Positions 37,484-49,929 of a stretch of DNA of 64,000 nt are shown here, piece by piece; within the stretch, counting starts at the first letter, position 1, and every line of letters starts with the position of its first letter. Location: the NCBI GenBank assembly GCA_002189035.1, contig CM007991.1, positions 5,022,001-5,086,000 on the forward strand. Reading direction: 5' to 3'. This stretch comes from Utricularia gibba (Eukaryota; Plantae; Magnoliophyta). The notes under the pieces were generated by a model. It searched no databases. It was not told the DNA's origin and saw only the letters and a list, made by a program, of their open reading frames with translations. The position numbers and the translations under genes are program-made.

Positions 37484-40420
37484 ATGAACACATCAGAAAA
37501 GTTGAGGCTTTGATTCAATATTCCTGCAGAATATCAATTGTGGGATAAGAGGAGGATGAAGAGATCGTTGGTGATATTCCAGAACGTGTTGGTCCTACTG
37601 GTTTTGCTATCACCACTGAGCACCTGATAGCACATATTTTTGAGTAGCTCAATGCATGGAATTTACTCATTTTGTGCTACAAAAATTAAGCTTAATTGCA
37701 TCTTTCTATATTTTTGCACATAAGTACCGTAGGAGTGCAGTTTTAGTCTTAGTTGGGACTAAGTCTGCGATTTAGTCCCAACCTTCTAACAGTTCCCTTC
37801 GAGCAATGCAGCATAGGTCGCAACACAAACCCCAAGGAGCCGAGTATGAACAGTGTGGTAGCAGAAAATGTGACAGAAGTCTTAAAAAGAGTACACACAA
37901 AGTACAAGGAGGTGAAAAAGGAAGATTTTGGACAAAAAGTAAGTAAGGTAGGGAGAGAAGGTAGATCTCCCCTTGGAGACTCACGAACAATTTTCTGGGA
38001 AGGTTTTCTGGGGAGGAAGAAGAAGGAAGAAAAACAGGAACGAAGCTAAAGTTCAAGATTATTTTCTGTCTTCGAAAAATATTACTCCTAGCTAAGAGTA
38101 GCTAGTGACGTTTTTCAGTTTTTTTGTTGACACTTCACATTACTTGCTTGTTTGCTTTCTGGTGTTTGACTGTGAAATGAGCACACTGTGGGTGATGTTT
38201 TCTTTTCCACTTTCGTTTACCTTAAGCATGAGTGGCTAAGTACTTAGGGGGGTGCCTTGGGGTAAAAAGGGAGAAACATGTTAATCAATCTTTAGATCTA
38301 AACCGCCATGAGTCACACCACTTCCTTAACAAACCAGGATAGATCCAGGAGGGGGAAGTAGTGAAACCCAACTTAACAACCCTAATTAGAGGTAGACCAA
38401 AAATTAGGAGGAAAAACAAGAATCCGGGTAGACCTAGATCTTGTGAGTTAGTTGTATGATTTGTGGTTTGTATGAGTTTGTTTAGTGATGAGCATATATC
38501 CCCTAGGAGTCCCAAGACATCACTCATTCCATTCCAGAAACAACCGAACTCTAGAACTTATTACTTTTCTTTACTGTATTTCGTTTTAGTTCTGCCTTAG
38601 CCCTAGCTAAGACCAATTTTACCAACGTGACACTGATTTCATGCATTAACTTTCACATAGCAAGCACCTGCTCTTCATGTTCGACCCTAATCACTATGCT
38701 CATAATTGCTTTTATCTTGAAGGTGTATTAGGTTATAAATTTATTTGATAGGAGAAATTTGCAATTTAACGACATTGCGTAATTTTTCATTTATCAGCAC
38801 CTTAGATGTGGCTTGCGTGTGCCAGTGATACCATTTATGTTGCAAGTTTTGACATGCCTTCAAATTCCATTTTCACATTTGACTCCTAAGTCAGTGTCAT
38901 ATATATTGGCATGGGTTTACATTGCTTGTGAGGAAAACATTCCCCTAAAATTGCCTATTTTCTTTGTTGTGAGCATGTGTAGTAGAATAAAGCACTCACC
39001 AAATTATGTGATAAAGGGTAAGTCTACAATTAAATTAGTGAAAGGTCTAAGAAGTGGCTATGATAGTTGGTGGACAAGTTTTGTATGGGTTTCTCCTCTT
39101 GAAGATTTATCAAATGATTTCCCACGCACACTTCCAAATTCTCATCTTATTGGAAAATCACAAGGTATTTTATGTGTTAAACAATTTTTTATACTATGTT
39201 CTTTTATGAGAATTGTTCTGATTTTATTGATCTAATTTACTTATGCTTACTGTTAGGTGTTGAGATGTTACCAAGGGGTGTCGTTAATGAATTCATTGCT
39301 TTCTTTAAAGGACAGACTAGGTCATTGACTACAATCCTACCTCCCATCTTTAGAATCCGGGGCACAGCCAAGTTTTGGTGTGGGAAAAAAAGGATTACAA
39401 AGAAGGATGATGATGTGGATGATCAAAGTGGAAATGATGCTGATAATTTACACGAAGATGTGGCGGTTGACAATGAAACAAATGACTTGGCAACTGAAAA
39501 TGAGGCGTTGAAGCAGCAACTAAAGTGATATCAATCCAGATGGCCTTCTTTCTGTGAATCAAGTAGTCATATTCCAACGATGCGGAAATTAGTACTATTC
39601 GACATCAATGAGATTTTTGCTGATATTATTTTTCATTCATCATCAACCATCAAAGGGCATCCAGATAAGTGGATTTATGGGCGAGCATGTATGGTATTTA
39701 TTTAGTATTTCACACATTTGCAACATATAGTTAGTTGCTAATTTATTGACTTGACTTTATTGCATATGTTATATTTTCAGTGTTTCTAAGACCAAATGCT
39801 AGGGAGTTTATGGAATGGTGTATGCAACATTTTGATGTTGCACTATGGTCCTCACGTGGAGGGTAACATACAAAATATTATATTATCTTTTTTATATATA
39901 TGTTTTACATATTATTCTTTTTGTAACAGTGCTCAACTAAACCAAGTCATTAATTGGATGTTTGGCGAGAATATGTCAAATTTGGCATTCATATGGGATG
40001 GAACGAAATGCACCACCACAAACCTTCGAGTCCTCAAGAAGCCAGCAAGTATGGTTTTGCTGAAAGAGTTGCGAAAAATATGGGAGGATGATGCTTTTCA
40101 TGGCCGGTATACACATGGTAACACCTTGTTGGTAGATGATTCACCATACAAGTCTACAACAAATCCGGTAATAATTTTAGTTAAAAATTTCATAAGTTAA
40201 ATTTTATTTTTTTAGTTTAAATTATACTCTACTGGTTCTCAAATAGGTTTACAATACCATATTTCCATACTCCTACAAGCACACAGATCATAAAAAAGAT
40301 TCATCTTTTATTTCTTGAAGGACTTATAGATGCATCTGATGTACCATCTTTTGTGCGTGATTTTCGTATTGGTCAAGCCTCAATGAATGAAGACCATCCA
40401 GATTGGGAGTATTACAAAGC
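37484..40420 (+). pseudogene. MULE 1 accessory gene: Transposase_28-like N-terminus fused to an FCP1/NIF-type HAD phosphatase-like domain; interrupted by a solo LTR
   Basis: After removing the LTR: FNIPAEY...EHLRCGLRVPVIPFMLQVL...FSHLTPKS. After intron ~39170-39257 one frame (single TGA at 39526) runs into RKLVLFDINEIFADII. Spliced exons then give FLRPNAREFMEWCMQHFDVALWSSR, LKELRKIWE, NTLLVDDSPYK...NP, NTIFPYSY and HPDWEYY. Confidence 0.75.
37625..38796 (+). mobile_element. Solo LTR, family A (Athila-like), 1172 bp
   Basis: TGATA...TATCA termini and perfect TSD GCACC (37620-37624 and 38797-38801). Excision restores the frame TTEHLRCG. Confidence 0.95.
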
Positions 40421-41908
40421 ATTAGTAGAGTCATTCTCATTTTCTATTTCATTATGCATATTAGGAGCACTTTTGCTTTATTGTTATCTAGTAACTGTAA
40501 CTGATGATTACGATGATTGGTAGAAATAGGTAATCATCATTTTGCTTGGTAAAGTACTATAAGCATATTCTTTGAGAATTGTAATTGATGATTACGATGA
40601 TTGGTAGAAATAGTTAATCATCGTTTTGCTTAATAAAGTATTATAAACATTTTCTCTAGTAACTGTAATTGATGATTACGGTGATCCATTGAAACAGGTT
40701 ATCATTTCCTTATATTACTTTCGATTCTGGTAACTGTAATCGGTAATTACGGTGACCGTAAAATTTAGAGATACAAACTATTACTCGAGTAATTCTTAAT
40801 TTCTCTTTTATGCTTGTTCGGAACACTTTTGCTTAATAGACTACTATCACCATGTTTTCTAATCACTGTAATTGATGAATTATAGTGATCGACAGAAATA
40901 AATGATTATGGTTTTTTTTTATATTACTTATATTTGTGGTAACTATCATTGATGATTACAGTGATCGTTAGAAATAGGTAATTATTATTTTTTTATATTA
41001 ATTTTATTTTTGATAACTGTAATTGATGAATTGTAGTGATTGAAAGAAATATGTAATTATCTTTTTCTTTATATTAGTTTCATTTATAGTAATTGTAATT
41101 GATGAATTATAGTGATTGACATAAATATGTAATTGTTGTTTTCTTTATATATATATTTTTTATTTCTTATAATTGTAATTAATGAATTACATTGATCAAT
41201 ATAAATAAAAAATATTAACATGAAAAAGTTAAATGAAACGATATTTATGATTTTTAATTTCATTTATTATTTATAAAAGAATATATAATATAATTTGATT
41301 TTTCATTTTGTTTAAATTATTTATTTTTCTATTGTTTAATTATATATATATTTTTGAATATATAATAATTAAATAAAATATACATTATGAAAAATTTAAT
41401 TTGATTTTTTTAATATAATTTTTTAATTCTAAAAAGATATTTTAATAATATTTATTACTATATTTGCAAAATGAATGTAATATATTTTTTTTTTTTGTAA
41501 AAAAGATAATAGTATTAAAATTTATTGTCAAAAAGAAATTCAAAAATAAAAAAGAAAATCTGTAGGATGATTGATTTTGACCAGAGATGAGATGCACACA
41601 ATAGATGATTTTGAAATTGGGTTTTTTTGTAGTGAGTAGATTTGGTAAAAACTCCAGATCCGCCTGCTCCTTTCCTCACCAGTATACATTTATTGAAACA
41701 TACATGGAGACTACAGATGCGTGACAGCATGTACATCATTCTACAGCTGTTCATCTCTGCAGCATCTTCTTATTACAACGACACCAACAACCTCATCGTG
41801 TTCCCTGGTTTCATACGACTTTTTTTTCCCTTTACTACAATGCAAAAGGATGAAAGTTTACGTTTGTGATTCCTTACGGACAAAGCAGCACCAATAGACT
41901 CATCTTAG

Positions 41909-44900
41909 TCAAAGCCTAGCTCTCTTTAGCTCCAACTTGGCAATGGTCCCCAAATGAACCTCGTCTGGGCCATCGGCGATTCTAAGCGTCCTTGCCGTTG
42001 CCCACAGGTGGGCAAGAACTGTGTCACCAGATAAACCAGCTGCCCCGTGAACTTGCATCGCCATGTCGAGCACTTTCAGTGCCATGCTTGGGGCAGCAAC
42101 CTGCACGGCGATGACCAACATGGAGGTTTACTGTGTCCATCTAGGCAAACAAGGAGAAATTGATTACCTTGGCCATGGCAATGATCCCTCTTGCCTCTTT
42201 ATTTCCTAATCGATCAAGCTGGTCCGCAGCCTCTAGAATCAGCAATCTCGTCTTCTCAATTTCCACCCGGCACTGTGGTACCGACACAAGGCTACAATTA
42301 AGGTGAAGAATAGGATAACCCTTCGAATAATAACTGAAATGCTTAAACAAGTCCGCAACTGCGCACCATGGCAACATCTGAAAGGAATGATCCATGCTCC
42401 GCAATTAGCTTGTTGAAAACCCTTCTGGATGCCGCCCTTTGAATCATCAAATGCATCCCCCGTTCAGCAGCTCCAATTAACCTCATACAGTGGTGCAGCC
42501 TGCCAGGGCCCAGCCTTCCCTGATCCAAAAAAGATCAAACAACATAAAAGCATTTGTTTATCCACCTTACAAAACTTGGATGGCATGCTTGTATACACAC
42601 CTGTGCAATTTCAAATCCACGACCCTCTCCAAGGAGAATATTCTTGGATGGAACACGCACATTTTCAAATAATATTTCTGCATGCCCATGAGGTGCATCA
42701 TCAAAGCCAAATACAGTTAACGGTCTTTGAACTTTGACACCAGGAGTTTCCATGTCCACCAGGATCATGGACTGCTGTCTATGCTTTGGTGCATTGATAT
42801 CCGTTTTCCCCTGCACTTTCTTGAATTAGAATCCACACAGCGCACATAATAAAGCTAGGCTCATATAATTTACCATCACAATAAGCACTTTGCACCGAGG
42901 ATCCATAGCCCCACTGGTCCACCATTTCTTCCCATTGATCACGTATGAATCTCCATCTCTGCTTGGAGTATTGGCATAATATTAAAACTTGGTTGCCAAA
43001 TCGCAATGTGAAGTGAACACAATTTGATCACATCATTGTGAAATAAAACTTTTATGAGTGCATCCGATGTTCCCCTGCATTCTGAGTTAAGGGAAATACC
43101 ACGTCATTTTTACACAAAAACTAATAAAAATGTTACTTTGTGATTGAGCACTCGATGTTTGTTGCGTCGGAAGATGCAACTTGAGGTTCGGTCATGGCAA
43201 AACCAGAACGAATATTTCCCTCAAGCAATGGTACAAGCCATTTTTGCATTTGTTCAGGATTCCCATAGCGCATCAAAACCTGCACAAAAAATAATTCAAG
43301 TTGATGCTGAGGGAAAAAAATAATACACCAAAGACCACTGATTTTCAGTTAATCAAGCAGCAAGCTGTGAATATATTTCAAAATCAGTGCTGCAGACCTC
43401 CATATTCCCAGTATCCGGTGCACCGCAGTTAAACACCTGCGGCGCCCACACTGAATGACCCATTATCTCACACAGGTATCCATATTCGAGGTTCGATAGG
43501 CCAGCACCAAGTAGTTCTGGTGTATTTTTAGAAATTGAGTTTTTAACTCTAAAACCACTATCAAGCTGCAAAAAAGCAATTAATGCATGGGTAAGAGGTA
43601 ATAGATGTGGAAAAAGAGAATAAAACACATACTGGTATCCATAAGTTCCACAAGCCTTCTTTCTTTGCTAGTTGCTTCAACCTCTCCTCTTCAGGGTGAA
43701 TGGTCCAACGCATGTTAGATTGAGCATGTTTATAAAAGTCATTTTCCATTGGATAAATATTTTCCTTCATAAATTTCATCAATCTGTTTCGTAGGTCTTG
43801 GACCTTTTTCGAAGGGATAAATTTCCCTCCTACCGAAAGGCTACCCTGTACTCTCTCTTCTCCAACTACCCACGAAGACTCTCGAGGTACTGATACTGAT
43901 GAGGAGAAGAAAGCATCACAAGTGGGTCAAAAATAAAAATAAACAAATTGGATATGTGCTCAACCATATTTTTTATCACTTGCATGCTACATTAGTTCTA
44001 TGCCCTTCACCGCAATAAGAAGTGTCAACAGCTTATATATATGGGCAATATTTATCAAGGAGTAAAATAGCAAGCACCAACATACACAAATGAACACGTC
44101 CCTAAACCCCAAGTCCAATGGGAGAAAAGGATTTGCAAGGGAAGGTTACCAGTAAGAGGATCTTGGGGGAGAACACTTTCCTTACAAATGTATGTCCATG
44201 CAGCATCAATGCATGCGTCAGCCTTTTTTCCAGCATGGCGGGCACGCTCGCCTCCAGATGCATTTCCCTGCATCACAACTAGTAAAATAAAAAACTATTG
44301 CCGTAAACATCTGATAAGAAATGCAAGTAAACAAAACAAAGGTCTAGAGTTATCAGAAAATACCAAAATCCATCTACAATGTACTCCGGCATAGATAGAT
44401 GCTCCACGAAACAAGGAAAAGGCAACATAGAACTTCCACTCAGCTTTAGGCCATCTTTTTTCCTTTATTGAAGCCAAAAACCAAAGACAATAATCAAATC
44501 TAGTTAAAATTAACATTTAGTGTTGTATAGCAAACAAAATTGTTATAGAGTGAGAAGATGATAAAAAGCACCCACTGATGCTGAGCAATAATCCGCAAGA
44601 TACTCTGCCATTGAAGGGATACCTTCAGGCAATCCAACAGATTCAAGACCTTCATACTTTTCGTTATGGTCCAAAGAAATATTCACAATGTAAGGCTGAT
44701 ACATTAGCAATAAAACAGATATCAGAATAATGAACCATTATCAACGTTTGAGAAAAGCGCAATTGGAAATTGGACTACCAAACAACTATATGCAACATCA
44801 CAAAATTGATTTCCTAGAGTTGATAGTTCCCAATCAAGAATGCCAATAACTTTATCCTGCATCACAACGCACCAAGGAACTTAATGACATATGGGATTGA

Positions 44901-46385
44901 AGACAGCACATGTGCTGCACAAAAGATAAATGACAAAATGCTGATGAATTTTGCTGCACATACTTACCTCAGTGGGTGGAAAACAAGGTTATCAAGACGA
45001 AAATCACCATGGACAAGTCCAGCATCCAGTCCTGAAGAATCTTCCGGAGGAATACAATTACGAAGCCAATCAGCAAGCTCCAGCATTCTCGGATTTCTCT
45101 TGGACTTGCCATCACCGGTGGAACCAATATACTGTTTTGCCCATCTCTCCACCTAAACATTTTCTTAAAGCATCAAAATGCATCACTGATAGAAATCCAA
45201 AAGAGCCTAGCTTGAACATTAGCAGTTTCATTCCAAAATGACAATGCTAATTGCATTCGTCTACCTGCCGCTTACAGTAATTGTGTGGTTTCCCATAGCT
45301 GTGCAGGCCAATGGCATTAATGTCAGAGGAGTGTAAGGCAGCCAAAGCTTTAGCAGTTTCACGATAAATTTTCCTCCTTTTTACAGGAGGTATACCCTGA
45401 AAAAAATGAGGGTAATTATTAAAATCTGCATATTCATTTGATCTACACAGGAAAACGTGGAGAATGCTGAATCATTGATAACATAAAAGATTAGTTTGTA
45501 CTGGGAGCATCGGGTCAATGTAAATCAGGCCTTCAAGGAACTCCATGATGTAGAACGGTGTGCCCACCAGACTAGGATCAGTACACAAACAATATACTCG
45601 AGGCACTGGAACCGATGTATGAGTTCCTAAGGCATGTAAAACCTGTGAGATTCCAAGCACTTGCTCTATGAGTCCTTGAGTGGTTAACATGAAATTCAAG
45701 AGGAAAAAGAGAGAATGCTCCATCACAAGAAAAAGTTCAAGAAAAAGTTCAAGAAAAAAAGTCTGAATGAGAACCTGAAACTCTCTCTCAATAGCATGTG
45801 CAGATTCAAGCAACACTCCACCAGGTTTTTTTCGCAAAACATATTGCATCTTCAGATCAGTGGATTCGACTTCCAGTCTAAACGTGGGGTTTGATTGACC
45901 GTGTCCAAACTGAACGTTGAGTCGACAAGGAGAAGCAAGCAAATTAACAATGATTTTGAGCTTAAATTCCTCACCCCCCCCCCCCCCCAAGGAAAAACAC
46001 CTTCAGTTGTACAACTGAAAACATGCAAGATGCATTACACGAAAGAAAATTTCTTGTTTTCCTGAAGCTACAAGATGCAAAATTTGACAATTTTCAACCT
46101 TTCAAAGAATGGCACACTAGTGTTCATACTCTGTTACCGCTTACAGTCAGCTTGCCGTAAAAACATTTCAGCGCCACAGAAGAAATAATTTGATTTCTAT
46201 GCCAGCAACAGAATAGGTGCTGAAAAGAAAAAGGAGGAATTGATTAAAACCTGGGACACAGAGAAGCGCGATGGATTCTGGGGAAACCCATCAACGTTCA
46301 CGGTTATATAACGCAGCAAAGCTTCAACATCGAAGCTCTGGGCTGGATCAACTCGACTCACAAGGTCCGACGTCCGGGTTGCCAT
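41909..46385 (-). CDS. IBR3: IBR3-type peroxisomal acyl-CoA dehydrogenase (ACAD10/11 family; APH-kinase-like + ACAD domains), 17 exons, ~820 aa if the exon-5 frameshift is corrected
   Basis: GT-AG exons: 46385-46251, 45909-45775, 45642-45502, 45396-45265, 45152-44968, 44856-44779, 44695-44576, 44462-44364, 44267-44150, 43895-43633, 43565-43398, 43279-43137, 42958-42874, 42810-42601, 42519-42367, 42272-42168, 42100-41909. Motifs [57 protein letters not shown] and C-terminal PTS1-like ARL. Confidence 0.94.
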
Positions 46386-46799
46386 CAGAAGAGATTAACC
46401 TTAGGGCTCGTCCGGGGGCTCTGACACAAGCAGAAGAAAGCAGTCAATACCGTGTGCATCTAATGCAAGGCACTTTGGTTCGGGGTATATCAGTGGTTTA
46501 ACCCATTTTGGTTTTGTATGAATGCCTACCTTTAGATCTAAATTAATTTATTTATTGATTGAACTTGTGTGAAGATGCCAGCAATACTAAAGGCGAAAGA
46601 TAATTTTTTTTTAATGCGAGAAAAATCATGAAGTTACTGTCACACATAATTTTTTTTATTTTAGATATTCTTTACAATCCCAAAATACAATACCTAAATA
46701 CAATCCATTAAGTATCTATTGTTTACAATTGTGCTATTAGTGAATTGAGCCTAGGGTTTACGCACATTTGATACCTAGGGGATAGTGTCGAGCATCTAG

Positions 46800-49400
46800 T
46801 CTAGTAATGCTGAAGATTCAGTGTCGAGGCTTGATTGATGCTAACTATAGTCTTTAGTTTTTGTTATTGGGAAGTAAATCATTTTCCTCCACCCAAGATG
46901 AATAACCCCCAAATCCTAGGGAGGATAAAACATGACTAATAAGATACAATAGTAGCTTCGATTAGTAAACACTCAAATTTACTAATCTGATCCAATAGAA
47001 GATTAGGATAGCTCCAAAGAGTCGTCACATAATTTCTGAATGAGCAATAAAGTTCAAGATGATATAAACTAATCACATAGCTCAACAAGGCATTTTATCC
47101 TCATACTCTCTACCTTATTGGGATTCAACCTCTTTCTCCAAAATCGAGGAACATATCTATGTGGTAGGGATACTAATAGAAAGATATGGTAAAAAGAGAC
47201 AAGTCTCATCTTATCAACTAAGATTAGTAAATATAAGTATCAAAAGAAAAAGAAAACAATGATCGACTTTTAAGCAAAGAAGAGCAATCAAAGGATGACG
47301 AAAATCCTCATGTGTCCTAGGCACTTTTTGGAACTAGATCTTTTCTTGTAATCTTGCAAGTTTATGGTGAAGTTTCTTATTTTGGAGTGTGAATATTCTA
47401 GGTTTTTCGATTTCCCGAGTTACCACCTCTTTGTTCTTTACTTGTTTTCCCCTATCACCTTAAAGAGGTTAGATTTTATGGAAATATCCATAAAATAGAC
47501 AAGAATCAATCAAACCCATAACATTTGGCAATGTTTATGGGACTTGACTAATTTCCCACTCAATTTTCTTAAGTTTGTTGTTATTGCATGACTGATCTAA
47601 GAACTGCACCCTATTACTCATGCATTAGTACTTGCTATTAACAATTACTCACTAGAAGCTAAGGCCATAGTTTTCTTCCAAAAAACAAAGGCTGTGATGG
47701 AGGCATTTCCAAATCTCATGAAGGATCATTTGGGATTGAACATGGGAGGAGCCCAAGCTAAGAAGTGTTGGAAAAAAGAACTGACACTTGCCGACGAGGG
47801 CCAAACATCTAGTGATCCCTGTTCACAAAGCCAATGGAGAGTTGTGATACTACCTACTACCCAAAAGATGAGGGAACAAACCTAGAGGCATACTCTCAAG
47901 GATGAGGACCCATTCTCTATTTGATAGAGCTCACATGGTGGATTTACAAAAACCTAGAATACAGTGATACTAGGAGGGCAAGAAAGTTGGTGGCTGAATT
48001 GGAAACAATCAAAAAGTACAACTAGTGCACCATTGTGGAGAGCAAGGAACCCACCAAGAACTACTCAATATACAATGATGCTACATTTCAAGTCTATCCC
48101 TAGAAGCTTTGTACGATATTGTTTGCTTCGGATACTCAACCCTCACAGTTTTAAGTTCTCCTCTTTCAGGAAAAAGGCTTCATGCAAGATTTGCATAGTC
48201 ATTCTAGTCAATCTCATCCTCCTCTCATCTGTAACTGATGTAGGATTCACCTAAGGCCCTTTTGCCCTTTCTCGAGGTGGGACGTCACATTCTCCCCCTT
48301 GGAAACTCAGCATCCTTGCTGAGGTTTGCCTCACCATCGATTACATGCCTGAACTTGGCTCTAATAACAAAGCTAACGACCCACCCTCTCCTTGCGCGAT
48401 ATTATCTACTTTAGACACTCAATCCTTATGATTTTATGTTCTCTCATAATGGGAAAAATGCCTCATGCAAGATTTGCATAGTCATTCTACTTAATCTCAT
48501 CCTCTTTTACATTTGTAAATGATGTAGGATTCGTCTACGGTCCTTCCACCCTTCCTCAAGGGGGACATCACAAGTAGACCTATGAAACTGATCATTGAGG
48601 GTAAGGAGAGGGAGAGGAGTTGCTTGTTGGGCACATATGCCTAGAATCCCTTCTCCCTCTATGTCATCAATGATGTGTCATGATTTAGACATTGAATGCC
48701 TGAGGAGCTCCTCAAATTCAATAATGAGGGTGACCCTTACCAACATCTAAACCTTTTTTTTTTACATTCAGATAGGCATTTCAACAATGACTGACGAGAT
48801 GAGATACCAAGCCACATTGCAAGAGGATGCACAAAAGTGGTACTAGACTCTTCCTGTGGGTACAATTTGTTTGAATGATTTTGCCTTTCTTTTCTCCACC
48901 TAATACATTATCAACACTTGTAATTGAAGGTAAAGATCAATATGAACACAAGAGAGAATCCTTGCAGAACTTCTTATGGTTCAACAAAGTAGCATAGGCT
49001 ATACCCCTTTCTTAGAAGGAAAGGGTGGAGACTTTAAGAAAGTGGTTCATGCAATTTGAAGAAGAACCTTATCACTAACCTATCAAAGATGCAGATGGAT
49101 ATATGATTTGTATGTATGTTAAATATGTGGTCCATGAAGATACCTTGGTTGAAGCATGAGGAGGGAGAGTGGAAAGCCATCATTAAAATCCGATCAATGG
49201 ACACTTTCAACGAGGTCAGGACATTCAAGGGGGAAAAAGACTTTTCAAACATTCAAGAAAAGCCCTCATCCTATGGTCATGAATGTCCGATCAATGCTTA
49301 AAGTACTAAAGTTTTGTAAGTTTTCCATCAACCTACCCCTCATAATACTAATGAATGTGACTTATTGTCCATGAATTTGAAATAGATTCTAGAATTAGGA
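46800..49400 (+). mobile_element. Tat/Retand-like LTR end, PBS-like site (~47524) and degenerate gag, interrupted by a TRIM
   Basis: CATAACA followed by TTTGGC; gag-like EGDPYQHL, TLQEDAQKWY*TLPVGTI and GETLRKWFMQF. Very degenerate; boundaries approximate. Confidence 0.55.
48110..48572 (-). mobile_element. TRIM (terminal-repeat retrotransposon in miniature)
   Basis: Two ~180-200-bp direct repeats (~48110-48289 and ~48372-48572) starting TGTGA on the - strand. Between them are a degenerate tRNA-Met PBS (TGTTATTAGAGC, 48358-48369) and the PPT AAGGGGGAGAA (48290-48300). Confidence 0.8.
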
Positions 49401-49929
49401 CTATTGAAGGTCCCCAAAACAAGAAAGACACCTTAGAAAGTTAGGGAAATAAATGATTGTTGACGACCCCCAAAGACCCCCACTAGTAGGATACCTAGCA
49501 ACAAATGTCCTAAGAAGAGTAAGCAACTAAAAGAGAGGTCTATCATGTGAATCAAAAGATAAAAGGAAGATGAAGGTGAACAAGTCATCTCTAGTTCCCT
49601 CATCTAGAAACTATATGAGAACTGGAATATCATGGTGAGATCAACTGGATGAACTGGGTGAGTCCTACCTATTTTGTTTTGATATTCCCAATGCATGCTT
49701 ATTTGACATTACTATTTTGAGGTTGTATCCCCTAGTATATTTGGATATTGGCTACTTGTTTCTGGGAAGGGGGAGGGGGGCATGAATAAGAGTGCAATCA
49801 GGTTGGGCCTTAATCAAGTGACCCAAAGCTTTGTTCGATAAAGTCCCGGCTCGAGTTCAATTTGTGCAAGCCCAAGCCCCAGCTCAATCCACTAATCGAG
49901 CTCGATACACTTAATTGGGCCAAGTCCGA

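Larger units (their letters stand above)
31752..41655. mobile_element. Mutator-like element (MULE 1), ~9.9 kb including a nested solo LTR
   Basis: Degenerate ~90-bp TIRs (CACT(G/A)CAAAAAAA(T/C)CCAATT(C/T)CAAAA(C/T)CAT..ATTGTGTG) and 9-bp TSD AGAGCCGTC (31743-31751) / AGATCCGCC (41656-41664), 7/9 match. Subterminal repeats AATTACAGTTACC are inverted between the two arms. MuDR transposase inside. Confidence 0.85.

Noticed and set aside
45472-45990. ORF beginning MGGGGGEE
   Set aside because: Read-through of IBR3 intron 1 (a 14-C run) into exons 2-3 and intron 2; not a separate protein.
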